Origin: Nitrososphaerota archaeon
Lineage (GTDB): Archaea; Thermoproteota; Nitrososphaeria; Nitrososphaerales; Gagatemarchaeaceae
Direction of reading: 5' to 3'
Assembly (NCBI GenBank): GCA_027887045.1
Contig: JAPCJH010000002.1
Span: forward strand, 134,723-198,722
DNA length: 64,000 nt
In this document: piece after piece, positions 44,818-53,681 of the stretch
Layout: each line of letters begins with the position of its first letter
Numbering within the stretch: position 1 is the stretch's first letter
The notes under the pieces: model-generated
Told to the model about the DNA's origin: nothing
The model's database searches: none
Seen by the model: the letters and a program-made list of their open reading frames with translations, nothing else
Translations under genes and position numbers: made by a program

Positions 44818-45642
44818 TCATTGGGTCAGGGACAACTTCTCTTCGAGCCAGGGCAAGGTCGATTGGATGAAGCTTGGACCGTGATGCGCGAGAAAGTCGA
44901 GCGGACCCGGGGTAATGAAGCAATGGGAGTTCTTTACGCAGTTCAGGTTCTTCCAACCCCTTTCAGCAATCAGCGATTCAAAGTCGGCTTTGTCGAAATT
45001 CGAGAACATTTTGCCTTCGTAGAAGAAGATGTCAGGGTCAGCCCCCTTGACTTCTTCGAAGTTGGGAGTAAGCCATTCTGAGCGGACGTTCGCGAAGATT
45101 GATTCTGCGCCCAAGAGGTGAAGAGCGTCTGTAATGTAGCTGTACGCCCCGAACGAGACAGGCCCTCCGAGGTCGATTTCTACATAGGTGCTCGGGCGTC
45201 GGCTTGAGTGTTGGGCCTTCGGGAGAGATCGAATGAGCTTTGCGGAGAGATCACGCGCTTCTTCGGCCGCGTTGACCACGAGTCCCAACTTCACCACGAA
45301 GTCTATTATCCCACTGACTGAAACGGGGAGTTCGAAAGGATAGACTGGGAAGCTCTTTGAAAGCTTGAAGGCGAAGTCTCTTTGATATCCTGTCACCGTG
45401 AAGATAACGTCGGGTCTGAGGTCCCGCAGCAGGTCCTCTCTTGCAGTGTTGTAACTGCCTACTCGCTTCTTCAGTCTCGCTTCAGGAGGTCTGGCACAGA
45501 AGGCGCTCACGCCCACGATGTGTTCCCCGAGCCCCAGCATGAACAGGGTCTCCGTTATCGCGGGGCTGAAGCTGATCATTCGTGTCGGTGTCTCAGGAAG
45601 TTGCACGAATTCGCCGAGGAGCTCGTTGAAGATAGCGACCAA
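44818..45642 (-). CDS. Class-III periplasmic-binding-protein-fold protein (BtuF/FecB-like ABC substrate-binding domain)
   Basis: RMISFSPAITETLFMLGLGEHIVGVS...RPDVIFTVTGY resembles the cobalamin/siderophore SBP pattern. No obvious signal peptide. Confidence 0.55.
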   Translation of the reverse strand: MVAIFNELLGEFVQLPETPTRMISFSPAITETLFMLGLGEHIVGVSAFCARPPEARLKKRVGSYNTAREDLLRDLRPDVIFTVTGYQRDFAFKLSKSFPVYPFELPVSVSGIIDFVVKLGLVVNAAEEARDLSAKLIRSLPKAQHSSRRPSTYVEIDLGGPVSFGAYSYITDALHLLGAESIFANVRSEWLTPNFEEVKGADPDIFFYEGKMFSNFDKADFESLIAERGWKNLNCVKNSHCFITPGPLDFLAHHGPSFIQSTLPWLEEKLSLTQ

Positions 45643-45664
45643 AGCAGGGTTGGCCTCTATACTC

Positions 45665-46684
45665 TCACGGGATCAGGAGTATCTTCCCCTGAACTTTCCT
45701 CGATTGGAGAATTTCGTGCGCCTCTCGCGCCGACTGTAGAGGCATCTCCCGGAAAATCCTAGGCTTGAGTATTCCCTTGGACGCCAGGCTCAGGACTTGC
45801 ACGAGGTCCTCCTTGAGACATCCGAAGGAGCCGAGAATGCCCAATTCGTTTCGGTAAACTCTCCCGACATCTATTTCGGCCGTGGCGCCCGAAGTGAGCC
45901 CGAACGAGATCATTCTCCCACCCTTCCTTAGGCAAGCGAGGCTTTTCCCCCACGTCTCGCCGCCGATTTGATCGAACGCTGCCGAGACGCCGAGGCCCTC
46001 CGTAAGCACGCTGACCCTCTCCACCAGATCCTCCTCCTTGTAGTTTATCGCAAAATCGGCACCCAGCGTTTTCGCAAATTGCAGTTTCTCGTCACTGCTC
46101 GAAGTCGCAATCACTCTAGCACCGAGAAATTTCGAGATCTCGATCGCGGCGTAGCCTACTCCTGATCCTGGCGCCCAAACCAGCACGATGTCTCCAGGTC
46201 CCACTCCCGCCCTAGATGCGAGCCCGTTCCATGTCGTGCCGAAGTTGACCGGTAGCGAGGCCGCCGTCTTGAAATCTAATTCGCCAATATTTACGAGGTC
46301 GGCGGCTGGGGCTCTAATGAACTCAGCGTACCCACCGTCGCTCGCGGTGCCGAGTAGACCAACTCTGACGCATCTGTTGAACTGCTTATTCTGGCAAAAA
46401 TGACACGTTCCGTCATAGAGGACGGGATAGACGATCACCGGGTCTCCCTTTCTCACCTCGGTAACCCCCGGGTAGACGGACGCAACTTCCCCTGCCACGT
46501 CTGCCCCCAAGATGTGAGGAAGCGGTGCTGCGTATCTCCCACTTCTGGTCCAAATGTCGATCCTGTTGACGCCGCACGCTTTCACCTTGACGAGAGCCTC
46601 TCCTGGTCCGAGGGATGGGTTGGGGGCGTCCTCGTAGGAAAGAACTTCCGGTCCACCAGGGGAGTGGAAACGCACTGCTTTCAA
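45665..46684 (-). CDS. Zn-dependent alcohol dehydrogenase / NADPH:quinone oxidoreductase (MDR superfamily)
   Basis: MKAVRFHSPGGPEVLSYEDAPNPSLGPGEALVKVKACGVNRIDIWTRSGRY...GADVAGEVASV... Nucleotide-binding VLVWAPGSGVGYAAIEISKFLGARVIA. Confidence 0.8.
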   Translation of the reverse strand: MKAVRFHSPGGPEVLSYEDAPNPSLGPGEALVKVKACGVNRIDIWTRSGRYAAPLPHILGADVAGEVASVYPGVTEVRKGDPVIVYPVLYDGTCHFCQNKQFNRCVRVGLLGTASDGGYAEFIRAPAADLVNIGELDFKTAASLPVNFGTTWNGLASRAGVGPGDIVLVWAPGSGVGYAAIEISKFLGARVIATSSSDEKLQFAKTLGADFAINYKEEDLVERVSVLTEGLGVSAAFDQIGGETWGKSLACLRKGGRMISFGLTSGATAEIDVGRVYRNELGILGSFGCLKEDLVQVLSLASKGILKPRIFREMPLQSAREAHEILQSRKVQGKILLIP

Positions 46685-46711
46685 GCAAAGAGTTTTGCTC
46701 GGTGTTCAATA

Positions 46712-46717
46712 TTTAAA
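46712..46717 (+). promoter_or_regulatory. TATA-like box (TTTAAA) for leaderless 2-hydroxyacid dehydrogenase transcript
   Basis: ttcaatatTTAAAgtgagg lies 28 nt upstream of the in-frame TTG at 46745. Confidence 0.3.
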
Positions 46718-46744
46718 GTGAGGAAAATTTGTGAGGAGCCGACC

Positions 46745-47740
46745 TTGAGGAATATCGTGCTGGTAACCTCTGAGGTGATAGACGATGCCAACCTAGCGCG
46801 CCTTTCCGCGGTCGCGAGTGTCTGCAGCTCTAGAAAATTGGACGAAAGGTCATTGCTGAAGATCCTCCCGAACGTCGATGCACTTGTTGTCTTCTTCTGG
46901 CCCGGATTCCTCACTAGCGAAAACCTCGCTAGGATGAAGCGGCTAAGGTTCATCCAGAGCGTGCTGGTGGGGGTCAACCACTTCCCATACCACGACCTCC
47001 GCGCAGGCATTGTTATCGCAAGCAACGCGGGGGCGTACTCGCTCGAGGTCGGGGAACACGCGTGGGCACTTCTTCTGGCAGCCGCGAAGAAAGTTGTAGC
47101 CGATAGCAAAAGATTAGCGGATGGTGCAATCTCTTTCGCAGAATTTTCAGGAGAAGCGAGGGACATCGTGGTGTTGAAGGGGAAGACCCTGGGGATCATC
47201 GGCTACGGGGGGATTGGAGCAACCGTGGCAGGATACGCCCGGGCATTCGGTATGAACGTTCTCGCGTACGGGAGGAACAAGAGGCGAATCAGGGGAGTCG
47301 AGTACCTTCGGGGAAGCAAGGGTCTGGCGTCCCTTCTCAAACAGAGCGACGCGATACTCCTCTCTGTCCCTCTGAACCGTTCAACGCAACATTTGATCGG
47401 GAAGCGACAGCTTGCAATTATGAAAAAGCATACGATTCTCGTCAATGTGGCAAGAGGCGACCTGGTCGATCAAGAAGCGCTTTACGGTCACCTGACGGCA
47501 AACCCGAGATTCACTTACGCGACCGATGTCTTTTGGGCTAAATCCGGCAGAGAATCCTTGGAAACTGACTACAAATTCCAGGCATTGCCAAATTTCATCG
47601 GAACGCCTCACATGTCGGGACCCACGGGAATCGTTTCCGGGACACCTGCGACCTCGGCGGTGGATAACGTCTTGCGGTTCTTCACTGGAAAGCGCCCCAA
47701 GAATCTCGTCGATCGATCTGATTATCTGGAAGCTGTCTAG
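46745..47740 (+). CDS. D-isomer-specific 2-hydroxyacid dehydrogenase (glyoxylate/hydroxypyruvate reductase-like)
   Basis: NAD-binding GKTLGIIGYGGIGATVAGYARAFGMNV. Catalytic VARGDLVD...TPHMSG. I propose a TTG start at 46745, 28 nt downstream of a TTTAAA box. The ATG at 46400 overlaps the convergent ADH gene. Confidence 0.75.
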   Translation: MRNIVLVTSEVIDDANLARLSAVASVCSSRKLDERSLLKILPNVDALVVFFWPGFLTSENLARMKRLRFIQSVLVGVNHFPYHDLRAGIVIASNAGAYSLEVGEHAWALLLAAAKKVVADSKRLADGAISFAEFSGEARDIVVLKGKTLGIIGYGGIGATVAGYARAFGMNVLAYGRNKRRIRGVEYLRGSKGLASLLKQSDAILLSVPLNRSTQHLIGKRQLAIMKKHTILVNVARGDLVDQEALYGHLTANPRFTYATDVFWAKSGRESLETDYKFQALPNFIGTPHMSGPTGIVSGTPATSAVDNVLRFFTGKRPKNLVDRSDYLEAV

Positions 47741-48154
47741 AGCGTTCGAAACCCGTTCGAGGTTTGAGACGTGAGATGGATTCACGCCTTCCCTCGTCTA
47801 TCTTGACGATTCTCATACTCACCTCCTTGACGGGTTGCGTGGAAGCATGACAAGGTGCAGCCTTTCCCAGTTTTTCAGAATCTTGTGGATACTGTATCCG
47901 CTGAGTTCGACTATGCCCAGGTCAGGATCAGTCGTCGGAGCGACCCTTGCACCCACGAATTGATTTGAGAGGAAAAAGAAGTATGCCCTCTTTTTCATCG
48001 TTATCGAGAACATGGCGCCCTCGCCATCGACGATTATCTTGAACATCGTCGCTTCGTTCATGATTCTCAATTTGCCCGTGGCCTCACTTCTTTCGGAGCG
48101 ACGAGCGCTGGAGTTCCCGTGGTCTAATTAAATCCAACTTTAGCCACGTTCGGA

Positions 48155-49321
48155 TTAACCAAGCCTTGAATACACCGCTAGGAAGTGGTCTCCCAATCTG
48201 TTCCAGGGAAAATGCGACTCGAGTGCCACGTCCATCCTCTTAACCAGGCCGAGCACCGGTTCCCTCGGGAGATAATTCGTTAGGTTTGATGGCGGCAAGA
48301 AAATGCCCACCCCGTAAGCTTTCTCAAATCTGAAATATGGCGCGATTATTTCGGACAATTCTCCCACAGAATACGCGTTCGATGCGACGCAGAACCTCGA
48401 TTTGCCGACAGGGACCGGGTTGTTGAAGCGCGCGGACGCCATGGAGGGGTTCAGCTTGACGGTGTAGCCGAGAATCTCGTACATGCAGTATCTGTTCCAG
48501 ACCCCAAGGATAAGCTTCCCCTTGGGGAGGAGCAATGAGTGCAGACCGCGAAAGAGGTCGCGAAGTCTTGGTTCGGTGTTGATAGCGCCGTAAGTTGAGT
48601 ACGCGCCATCGACGCTGCGATAGCCGAGTTCGGCGAGCTTCTCACGCAGCTCATACGGGCGAGAGTGGACTGGCACGACTAACTTCTCAAGGCCCGCAGC
48701 CCTTGCCTTCCTCTGGAGGACCCGCAACATTTTCGACGAAATGTCGGAGGCCAGAACTCTTACCCCTTTTCTCGCGAGAGCGAGAGTCTCGGTTCCCGTC
48801 CCGCATCCTATCTCTAAGATGGTGTCGCCGAGCCTGAAAACCTTCCCCAGCAGTTCCAAAGACCTGTTTCTGAGCCAGACGTTGACCGGGTTGCCGAATA
48901 TGTGTTTGTCGTATTCTTCCGCGACCCCGTCGAACGCAGCTTCGAGGTCCCCGTAGACGAGCTCGTCATAGCTCGACGAAATCCCGTTCGAAGTGGGTCT
49001 GATCTCCACGTAATCCATTTGCCCCCAGTAACGGCTTCTTACCACATCGTTTCCGTATTTTCTTGTGAAGGCGCCCAGCAGCGGGTCCGAGACACTCCTC
49101 ACTCGCTTGACGGACGCTTTGCCCTCTATGATCTTGCCTTCGCCGTAAACTCGGACTTCGGGATTTGCCAGAATGTTCGCCACCCAGTCCTGCCGTGAGT
49201 CGTTCACCGGGAAGACCACGATTCCTCCATCGTAAGTGAGGAAACGGAGAAGGACGCTATGCGCTTTGCCGCTTCTTCTGCCTTTCGTCTCGAGCCTGAT
49301 GTGTTCTCCTTGGGAAGACAA
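48155..49321 (-). CDS. Fusion protein: N-terminal PNPOx-like/deazaflavin-dependent-nitroreductase-like split-barrel domain + C-terminal class-I SAM-dependent methyltransferase
   Basis: N-terminus GRRSGKAHSVLLRFLTYDGGIVVFPVNDSRQDWVANILANPEVRVYGEGKIIEGKASV is DUF385/Ddn-like. C-terminus LEIGCGTGTETLALARKGVRVLASDIS is MTase motif I, followed by a post-I acidic motif. Confidence 0.55.
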   Translation of the reverse strand: MSSQGEHIRLETKGRRSGKAHSVLLRFLTYDGGIVVFPVNDSRQDWVANILANPEVRVYGEGKIIEGKASVKRVRSVSDPLLGAFTRKYGNDVVRSRYWGQMDYVEIRPTSNGISSSYDELVYGDLEAAFDGVAEEYDKHIFGNPVNVWLRNRSLELLGKVFRLGDTILEIGCGTGTETLALARKGVRVLASDISSKMLRVLQRKARAAGLEKLVVPVHSRPYELREKLAELGYRSVDGAYSTYGAINTEPRLRDLFRGLHSLLLPKGKLILGVWNRYCMYEILGYTVKLNPSMASARFNNPVPVGKSRFCVASNAYSVGELSEIIAPYFRFEKAYGVGIFLPPSNLTNYLPREPVLGLVKRMDVALESHFPWNRLGDHFLAVYSRLG

Positions 49322-49398
49322 ATTTCTTCGGAAACACTCCTCGCCGTCGAATTAAGGGTTCTCGTGGCCCGGGCCCTTTCGTTTAACTTGGTCCGCAC

Positions 49399-50757
49399 TT
49401 GCCGCTCGGTCCGCGGGAGTACGAGACAATCAGGCTCAGGAACTCGTTGCTGATCGGCCTTGGTATTCGTGAATCGCTATCTTTCTGGACGGGGCACCCC
49501 TTCGACTTTGAGATCTGGGTGCGGCTGGGCTATTATGTCTCGAAGGGTTTTGACCCATACAGGACTACGGGACCTATTGCCAGCCTCAGTATCCCCGGGA
49601 CGGGCCTGCTCCCTTCAATCGGATACCCGCCCTTGTGGGCCTTCATGCAAGCGGTCGTCTATGACTTCTATTCGGCCCTGGGTATCGATAGTCGATTCCT
49701 CTATTATTTCCTGATAAAACAAGAAACGGTAATCGGGGACGTTGCGGTCGCGTACCTAATCTTCCTCCTCGTGAAGCGCTGGGCCTCCGTATCCGACGCC
49801 CAACGCGCATGCGCGTTCTGGATGTTCTGTCCGTTCACGATAATCATCTCGTCGGTTTGGGGGATGTTCGATCAGCTTGTCTTGGTCTTCGTACTCTTTG
49901 CCCTGTTGTCTCTCAACCATTCTTCACGAAGCTCTCTCAGCGAGGGGGTAGGAATACTTCTGAAGGGTATTCCGATAATTTTCCTTCCGGCCCTAGCGTG
50001 GGGGCAGCATTCCCGCGTGAAGCGCGTAGGATACGTTCTCCTTGCGCTCGGACTCGCCGCGGTCGCGGCCCTCGTGCCGTACTTGGTCTACAGTGATTGG
50101 AAAATCTCGGCCCTCCTGGCAACCGGAACGGACGTCGTGAACAAGGTCTCGAACAGCATGAACTACTGGGTGATTCCATACGTCTTATCAGCAAATTCGT
50201 TGCTTCCGGCGGGCGCGGCGGCCGCTCTGAGCGCTGCGGGATACGTGTGGGTCGGCGCGATTCTTCTGGCTTACGCATTCTGTTTCTGGGGCGTTAAGCC
50301 CAAGGACATTACCGACCGCTATTTGATTCCCGTCCTCTCATTTGCGACGCTCGTTTTCTTTTTGACCCGCGGTAGTATCAATGAACAGTACGCAACGTAC
50401 TTTATCGCGTTCGGTCTGCTGGAGCGATATTCGCTAGGACATTTGCGCTCAAGACTATTCAACGGCGTATGGGTAAGCGCGTTGGGTTTCTTGCTGGTAA
50501 ACAACGCTTACATGACCAGGTTCTTTTCTCCACTCTCGATCGACTTTACTCATTTGAACGACATGCTCGTTTCCGGATTCCTCGGGGACATCAGGTACGG
50601 CCTGCTTATCTCTTTGGGGCTCTCGTTCACGGCTTTCTGTGCATTTTATTTGAAGTCCCTCTTCTCGGAATTGAGAACTATCAAGGCGCAGGGCTTTCCA
50701 GTGTTCGGCGAATCCCGCGGCGTCAAGGAACTAACCGAGAGTCATCGCGACTGTTGA
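49399..50757 (+). CDS. Polytopic membrane protein, GT-C-fold glycosyltransferase-like (putative)
   Basis: About 11 predicted TM helices. An early loop HPFDFEIWVRLGYY carries the acidic D/E pattern seen in GT-C mannosyl/aminoarabinosyl transferases. Lies in a glycan cluster. Confidence 0.4.
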   Translation: MPLGPREYETIRLRNSLLIGLGIRESLSFWTGHPFDFEIWVRLGYYVSKGFDPYRTTGPIASLSIPGTGLLPSIGYPPLWAFMQAVVYDFYSALGIDSRFLYYFLIKQETVIGDVAVAYLIFLLVKRWASVSDAQRACAFWMFCPFTIIISSVWGMFDQLVLVFVLFALLSLNHSSRSSLSEGVGILLKGIPIIFLPALAWGQHSRVKRVGYVLLALGLAAVAALVPYLVYSDWKISALLATGTDVVNKVSNSMNYWVIPYVLSANSLLPAGAAAALSAAGYVWVGAILLAYAFCFWGVKPKDITDRYLIPVLSFATLVFFLTRGSINEQYATYFIAFGLLERYSLGHLRSRLFNGVWVSALGFLLVNNAYMTRFFSPLSIDFTHLNDMLVSGFLGDIRYGLLISLGLSFTAFCAFYLKSLFSELRTIKAQGFPVFGESRGVKELTESHRDC

Positions 50758-50771
50758 GACTCGTGGGTCAA

Positions 50772-51980
50772 CTACTTGAAAATCGAACGGTAGACAGCTC
50801 GCGTGTTACTGATTATTGGTGCCCAGCTGAAATGCGCGACCGCGAACTCCCTGGTTCGGGGCGCCTGGGTCAAGATCCCTTCTTCAAGCTTCGACAAGAA
50901 TTCGTCCTCGTTCTGCAGTGTGAAGCAGCCGCTGATGACTTCTTCTGCGAGCGGTCCGTATTGCAGCGTGTTCGACACGACGCACCTGTTGCACGCCATC
51001 GCCTCCATTACCGAGACTCCTGTCCCACCCCATCTGGGGTCTTTGAGATACCACGCGAGAGTTTCGCAAGAATTGTAGAAGTACCGCATGCTGTCAGTCG
51101 GCTGCCATTCGAAGGACAATTTGACTTTCTCCTTTACGTGTGAATAGAGCTTCTCGCCTGGTCTACCTCCGACCGCTACCAAATCGACGTCGTATTTCTT
51201 CTGGAGCGCTCGCACAGCATCGATGATCTTCGGTAGCCCCTTGAATTCGTCGAAAGTCCCCACATAGAGTACGAGGGAAGGTGACTCCGGGAGTCCGAGG
51301 TTCGCCCGACACTCATTCTTGTTCATGGGTTTTAGGGAGTCCACGTCAATCCCCATCGTTTGGACCGCAACATGACTCGGGTCTATGCCAACTTTCTCCA
51401 CGATGTATCGACTCCTCATCTCGGTAAGAACAAAGTAGAAATCAACCCCGCGCAGCATCCTTCTGCCGGCGAAGTTCCAGAAGGGCGAGAGGGAGGTCGG
51501 CCTACCTCCGTGATCCTGTACGACGAGGGCATTCGCCCTGAGGATCGAAGCCATTCGGTAGGTCATCAGGCTCGGCATTCCGTGAATGTGGAACACGGTC
51601 TCCTTGTCTTTCGCTTCCTCCCTCAGATAATCGATCATCTGTTTTGAGTATTCGGCTCCGTACGTTATGGAAAACGTGGCGGGGAACTGCTTGCAGACAA
51701 CGCCGTCGATTTCATCTTCCCGGGGCTGGTCGATGTTTCCGAACGACAAGGCTTCCAATTCATCTTTTCCCGCCTTGGCGAGCTGTCGGGCGACCTGCTC
51801 GTGCCATCCGCCGTGCTCCAGCCCCCCTTCGGCGGTCCTCGGTTGAGCATGATGGAGGATGTGGATGATTTTTGCCAATTGGGAGGTCTCTCTGACCCCG
51901 GAAGTTATGCATTTACCGGAAGACATCAGAGTTTTAGGAACATCCTCCAAGAGCCTCGACGAGGCTAAAGTTCTGGACAC
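50772..51980 (-). CDS. Glycosyltransferase family 4 (GT-B, Glycos_transf_1)
   Basis: DLVAVGGRPGEKLYSHV..., GTGVSVMEAMACNRCVVSNTLQYGPLAEEV (E-x7-E). The N-terminal start is uncertain because it overlaps the divergent methyltransferase ORF. Confidence 0.75.
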   Translation of the reverse strand: MSRTLASSRLLEDVPKTLMSSGKCITSGVRETSQLAKIIHILHHAQPRTAEGGLEHGGWHEQVARQLAKAGKDELEALSFGNIDQPREDEIDGVVCKQFPATFSITYGAEYSKQMIDYLREEAKDKETVFHIHGMPSLMTYRMASILRANALVVQDHGGRPTSLSPFWNFAGRRMLRGVDFYFVLTEMRSRYIVEKVGIDPSHVAVQTMGIDVDSLKPMNKNECRANLGLPESPSLVLYVGTFDEFKGLPKIIDAVRALQKKYDVDLVAVGGRPGEKLYSHVKEKVKLSFEWQPTDSMRYFYNSCETLAWYLKDPRWGGTGVSVMEAMACNRCVVSNTLQYGPLAEEVISGCFTLQNEDEFLSKLEEGILTQAPRTREFAVAHFSWAPIISNTRAVYRSIFK

Positions 51981-52659
51981 GGAAAATCCTTCGAGACTCC
52001 CCGACTACGAGACGTACGACTACGCGGTCGAATGGCGAGACAAGGCAATCGAAGATTCTGCAGAGAAGGCCATAATCAGGGGCTGGCTCTCCCAAGGAGA
52101 CTCTGCGCTCGAGCTGGGAGGTGGATACGGTAGGATGACGCGGGTGCTGCGCCCTTACTTCAAGCGGCTGACAATGGTCGACGGATCCAGATTCAACCTG
52201 AACAGGGCGCGGAAGGCTGTGCCGGGTGCAGAACTTGTCAGGGCGGATCTGACCAGACTTCCTTTCAGGGACAACGAGTTCGAGGTCATTGTGACGATTC
52301 GGACTATACACCATATACAAGACTTGAGGGGCATCTTCGGTGAAATTCGAAGGGTTGCGAAGCCCCGAGCAACCTTGATCATGAGCGTACCTAACACTGC
52401 CCTTAGCCCCTTCCGGTGGGTGAAGGAAAACGAGCTCGTACAAGTGAGCGCAAAGGGCCACAGAATATTCGCCGCCCCGTTGATCAGTTACACCTCGGCA
52501 TTCGGCCTTCAATCCGCTCGAGGTACCGGAATGTTCGAGAACTTCCTGGGACGCAAATTGAACGGCCTGGGCTTTCTGCACATACTCGACGTCGTTACTG
52601 CGCCGCTCTGGAGGCTGAAGCCCAATCTTTTCTTGAAGTTTCAGATCGACAAGAATTGA
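51859..52659 (+). CDS. Class-I SAM-dependent methyltransferase
   Basis: ALELGGGYGRMTRVL (motif I), KRLTMVDGS, ELVRADLTRLPFRDNEFEVIVTIRTIHHI. Start uncertain. Confidence 0.7.
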   Translation: MWMIFANWEVSLTPEVMHLPEDIRVLGTSSKSLDEAKVLDTENPSRLPDYETYDYAVEWRDKAIEDSAEKAIIRGWLSQGDSALELGGGYGRMTRVLRPYFKRLTMVDGSRFNLNRARKAVPGAELVRADLTRLPFRDNEFEVIVTIRTIHHIQDLRGIFGEIRRVAKPRATLIMSVPNTALSPFRWVKENELVQVSAKGHRIFAAPLISYTSAFGLQSARGTGMFENFLGRKLNGLGFLHILDVVTAPLWRLKPNLFLKFQIDKN

Positions 52660-52697
52660 TCACATTATCCAAGGCAGATAGGGAACCTTCACGAGAC

Positions 52698-53681
52698 TTG
52701 AAATTGAGACTCCGTTCTGCGATCTCGGACCCTCCGGTGCTTGCATACTATGCAGCGCTTGTCATAGTTGCTTTCGCGAGTTCGCCGAATAGCTTTGCGT
52801 TGGCCTGGAACGAAGGAAGGTCCGCGATGCTCGCAATCGTTCCTTTGGTGCTGCTCGAGATGTGGAGAGATTGCACACGGCCGTTGGGATCTCGGAAGGG
52901 TTCGCTGATCGCTTACTTTGTTCTCCTTATGGCGACACTATACTACACCGCTTCTTCGCTCCCCAACGTCAGAACGACGCTAGCAAGCTTCGCTGTTGTA
53001 TTCCGAGCGTCGCCCGACGTCTCACCGTTCAGCTGGGTCGCGACGGTAGACTACGCCGTCGGATCTTTGTTCGTAGTTCTGCTTTCGGCGCTCATTTTGG
53101 TGAACAGGCCGTTGACTCCCGCGGTTTACATGCTCGGGACGACTTCTTTTCTCTTCGTCGACACGGTACTTCCATACGATGCCCTCGGTCCTTTGCAATC
53201 GTTCGTTCCGCCGATGCTCCAATTGATCGCATTTTTCGTCAACACCACGCCCTACGGACACGCCTTCGTCAACAACAACGTGCTTCTTCTTTCAAATCCG
53301 AACGTCTCGATGGATCTTGAAGTGTTCTGGCCTTCCGCGGGCCTGCACGGCGTCATAATAGCTACGCTCGCCGTCGCGGCGATCGCGGTCAAATTGCGGA
53401 CGGGGTGGTGGAGAGGGTTGGCCTACCTAATAATTGGAATCGTCGGCAGTGGGGCTGTCAACGTGGCCCGCATAACTCTCCTGGCATTCTACGCTCTTGG
53501 CGGAAGTGGACCGACAGCCTTCGAGCGCTTCCATTCGGCGGTGGGGGAAATAATCTTCTTGCCCTGGGTCGCGGGTTACCTGTATCTGATCGTCAAGCGC
53601 GAGAGAAGGCGACAACTTGGGGGCTCGCGATCACCGTCTTCATCTGACCACAGAGGCGCAATTCTTGAATCAGTTGTCTGA
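52698..53681 (+). CDS. Polytopic membrane protein (possibly exosortase/archaeosortase-like), function unknown
   Basis: Eight or more TM helices. N-x-x-R (GAVNVARITLLAF) near the C-terminus. I propose a TTG start at 52698, since the upstream part of the track ORF overlaps the methyltransferase gene. Family assignment is tentative. Confidence 0.35.
   Translation: MKLRLRSAISDPPVLAYYAALVIVAFASSPNSFALAWNEGRSAMLAIVPLVLLEMWRDCTRPLGSRKGSLIAYFVLLMATLYYTASSLPNVRTTLASFAVVFRASPDVSPFSWVATVDYAVGSLFVVLLSALILVNRPLTPAVYMLGTTSFLFVDTVLPYDALGPLQSFVPPMLQLIAFFVNTTPYGHAFVNNNVLLLSNPNVSMDLEVFWPSAGLHGVIIATLAVAAIAVKLRTGWWRGLAYLIIGIVGSGAVNVARITLLAFYALGGSGPTAFERFHSAVGEIIFLPWVAGYLYLIVKRERRRQLGGSRSPSSSDHRGAILESVV

Noticed and set aside
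46400-46744. N-terminal extension of the 2-hydroxyacid dehydrogenase ORF
   Set aside because: It is antisense to the conserved N-terminus of the MDR dehydrogenase (45665..46684). An in-frame TTG start 28 nt after a TTTAAA box fits better.
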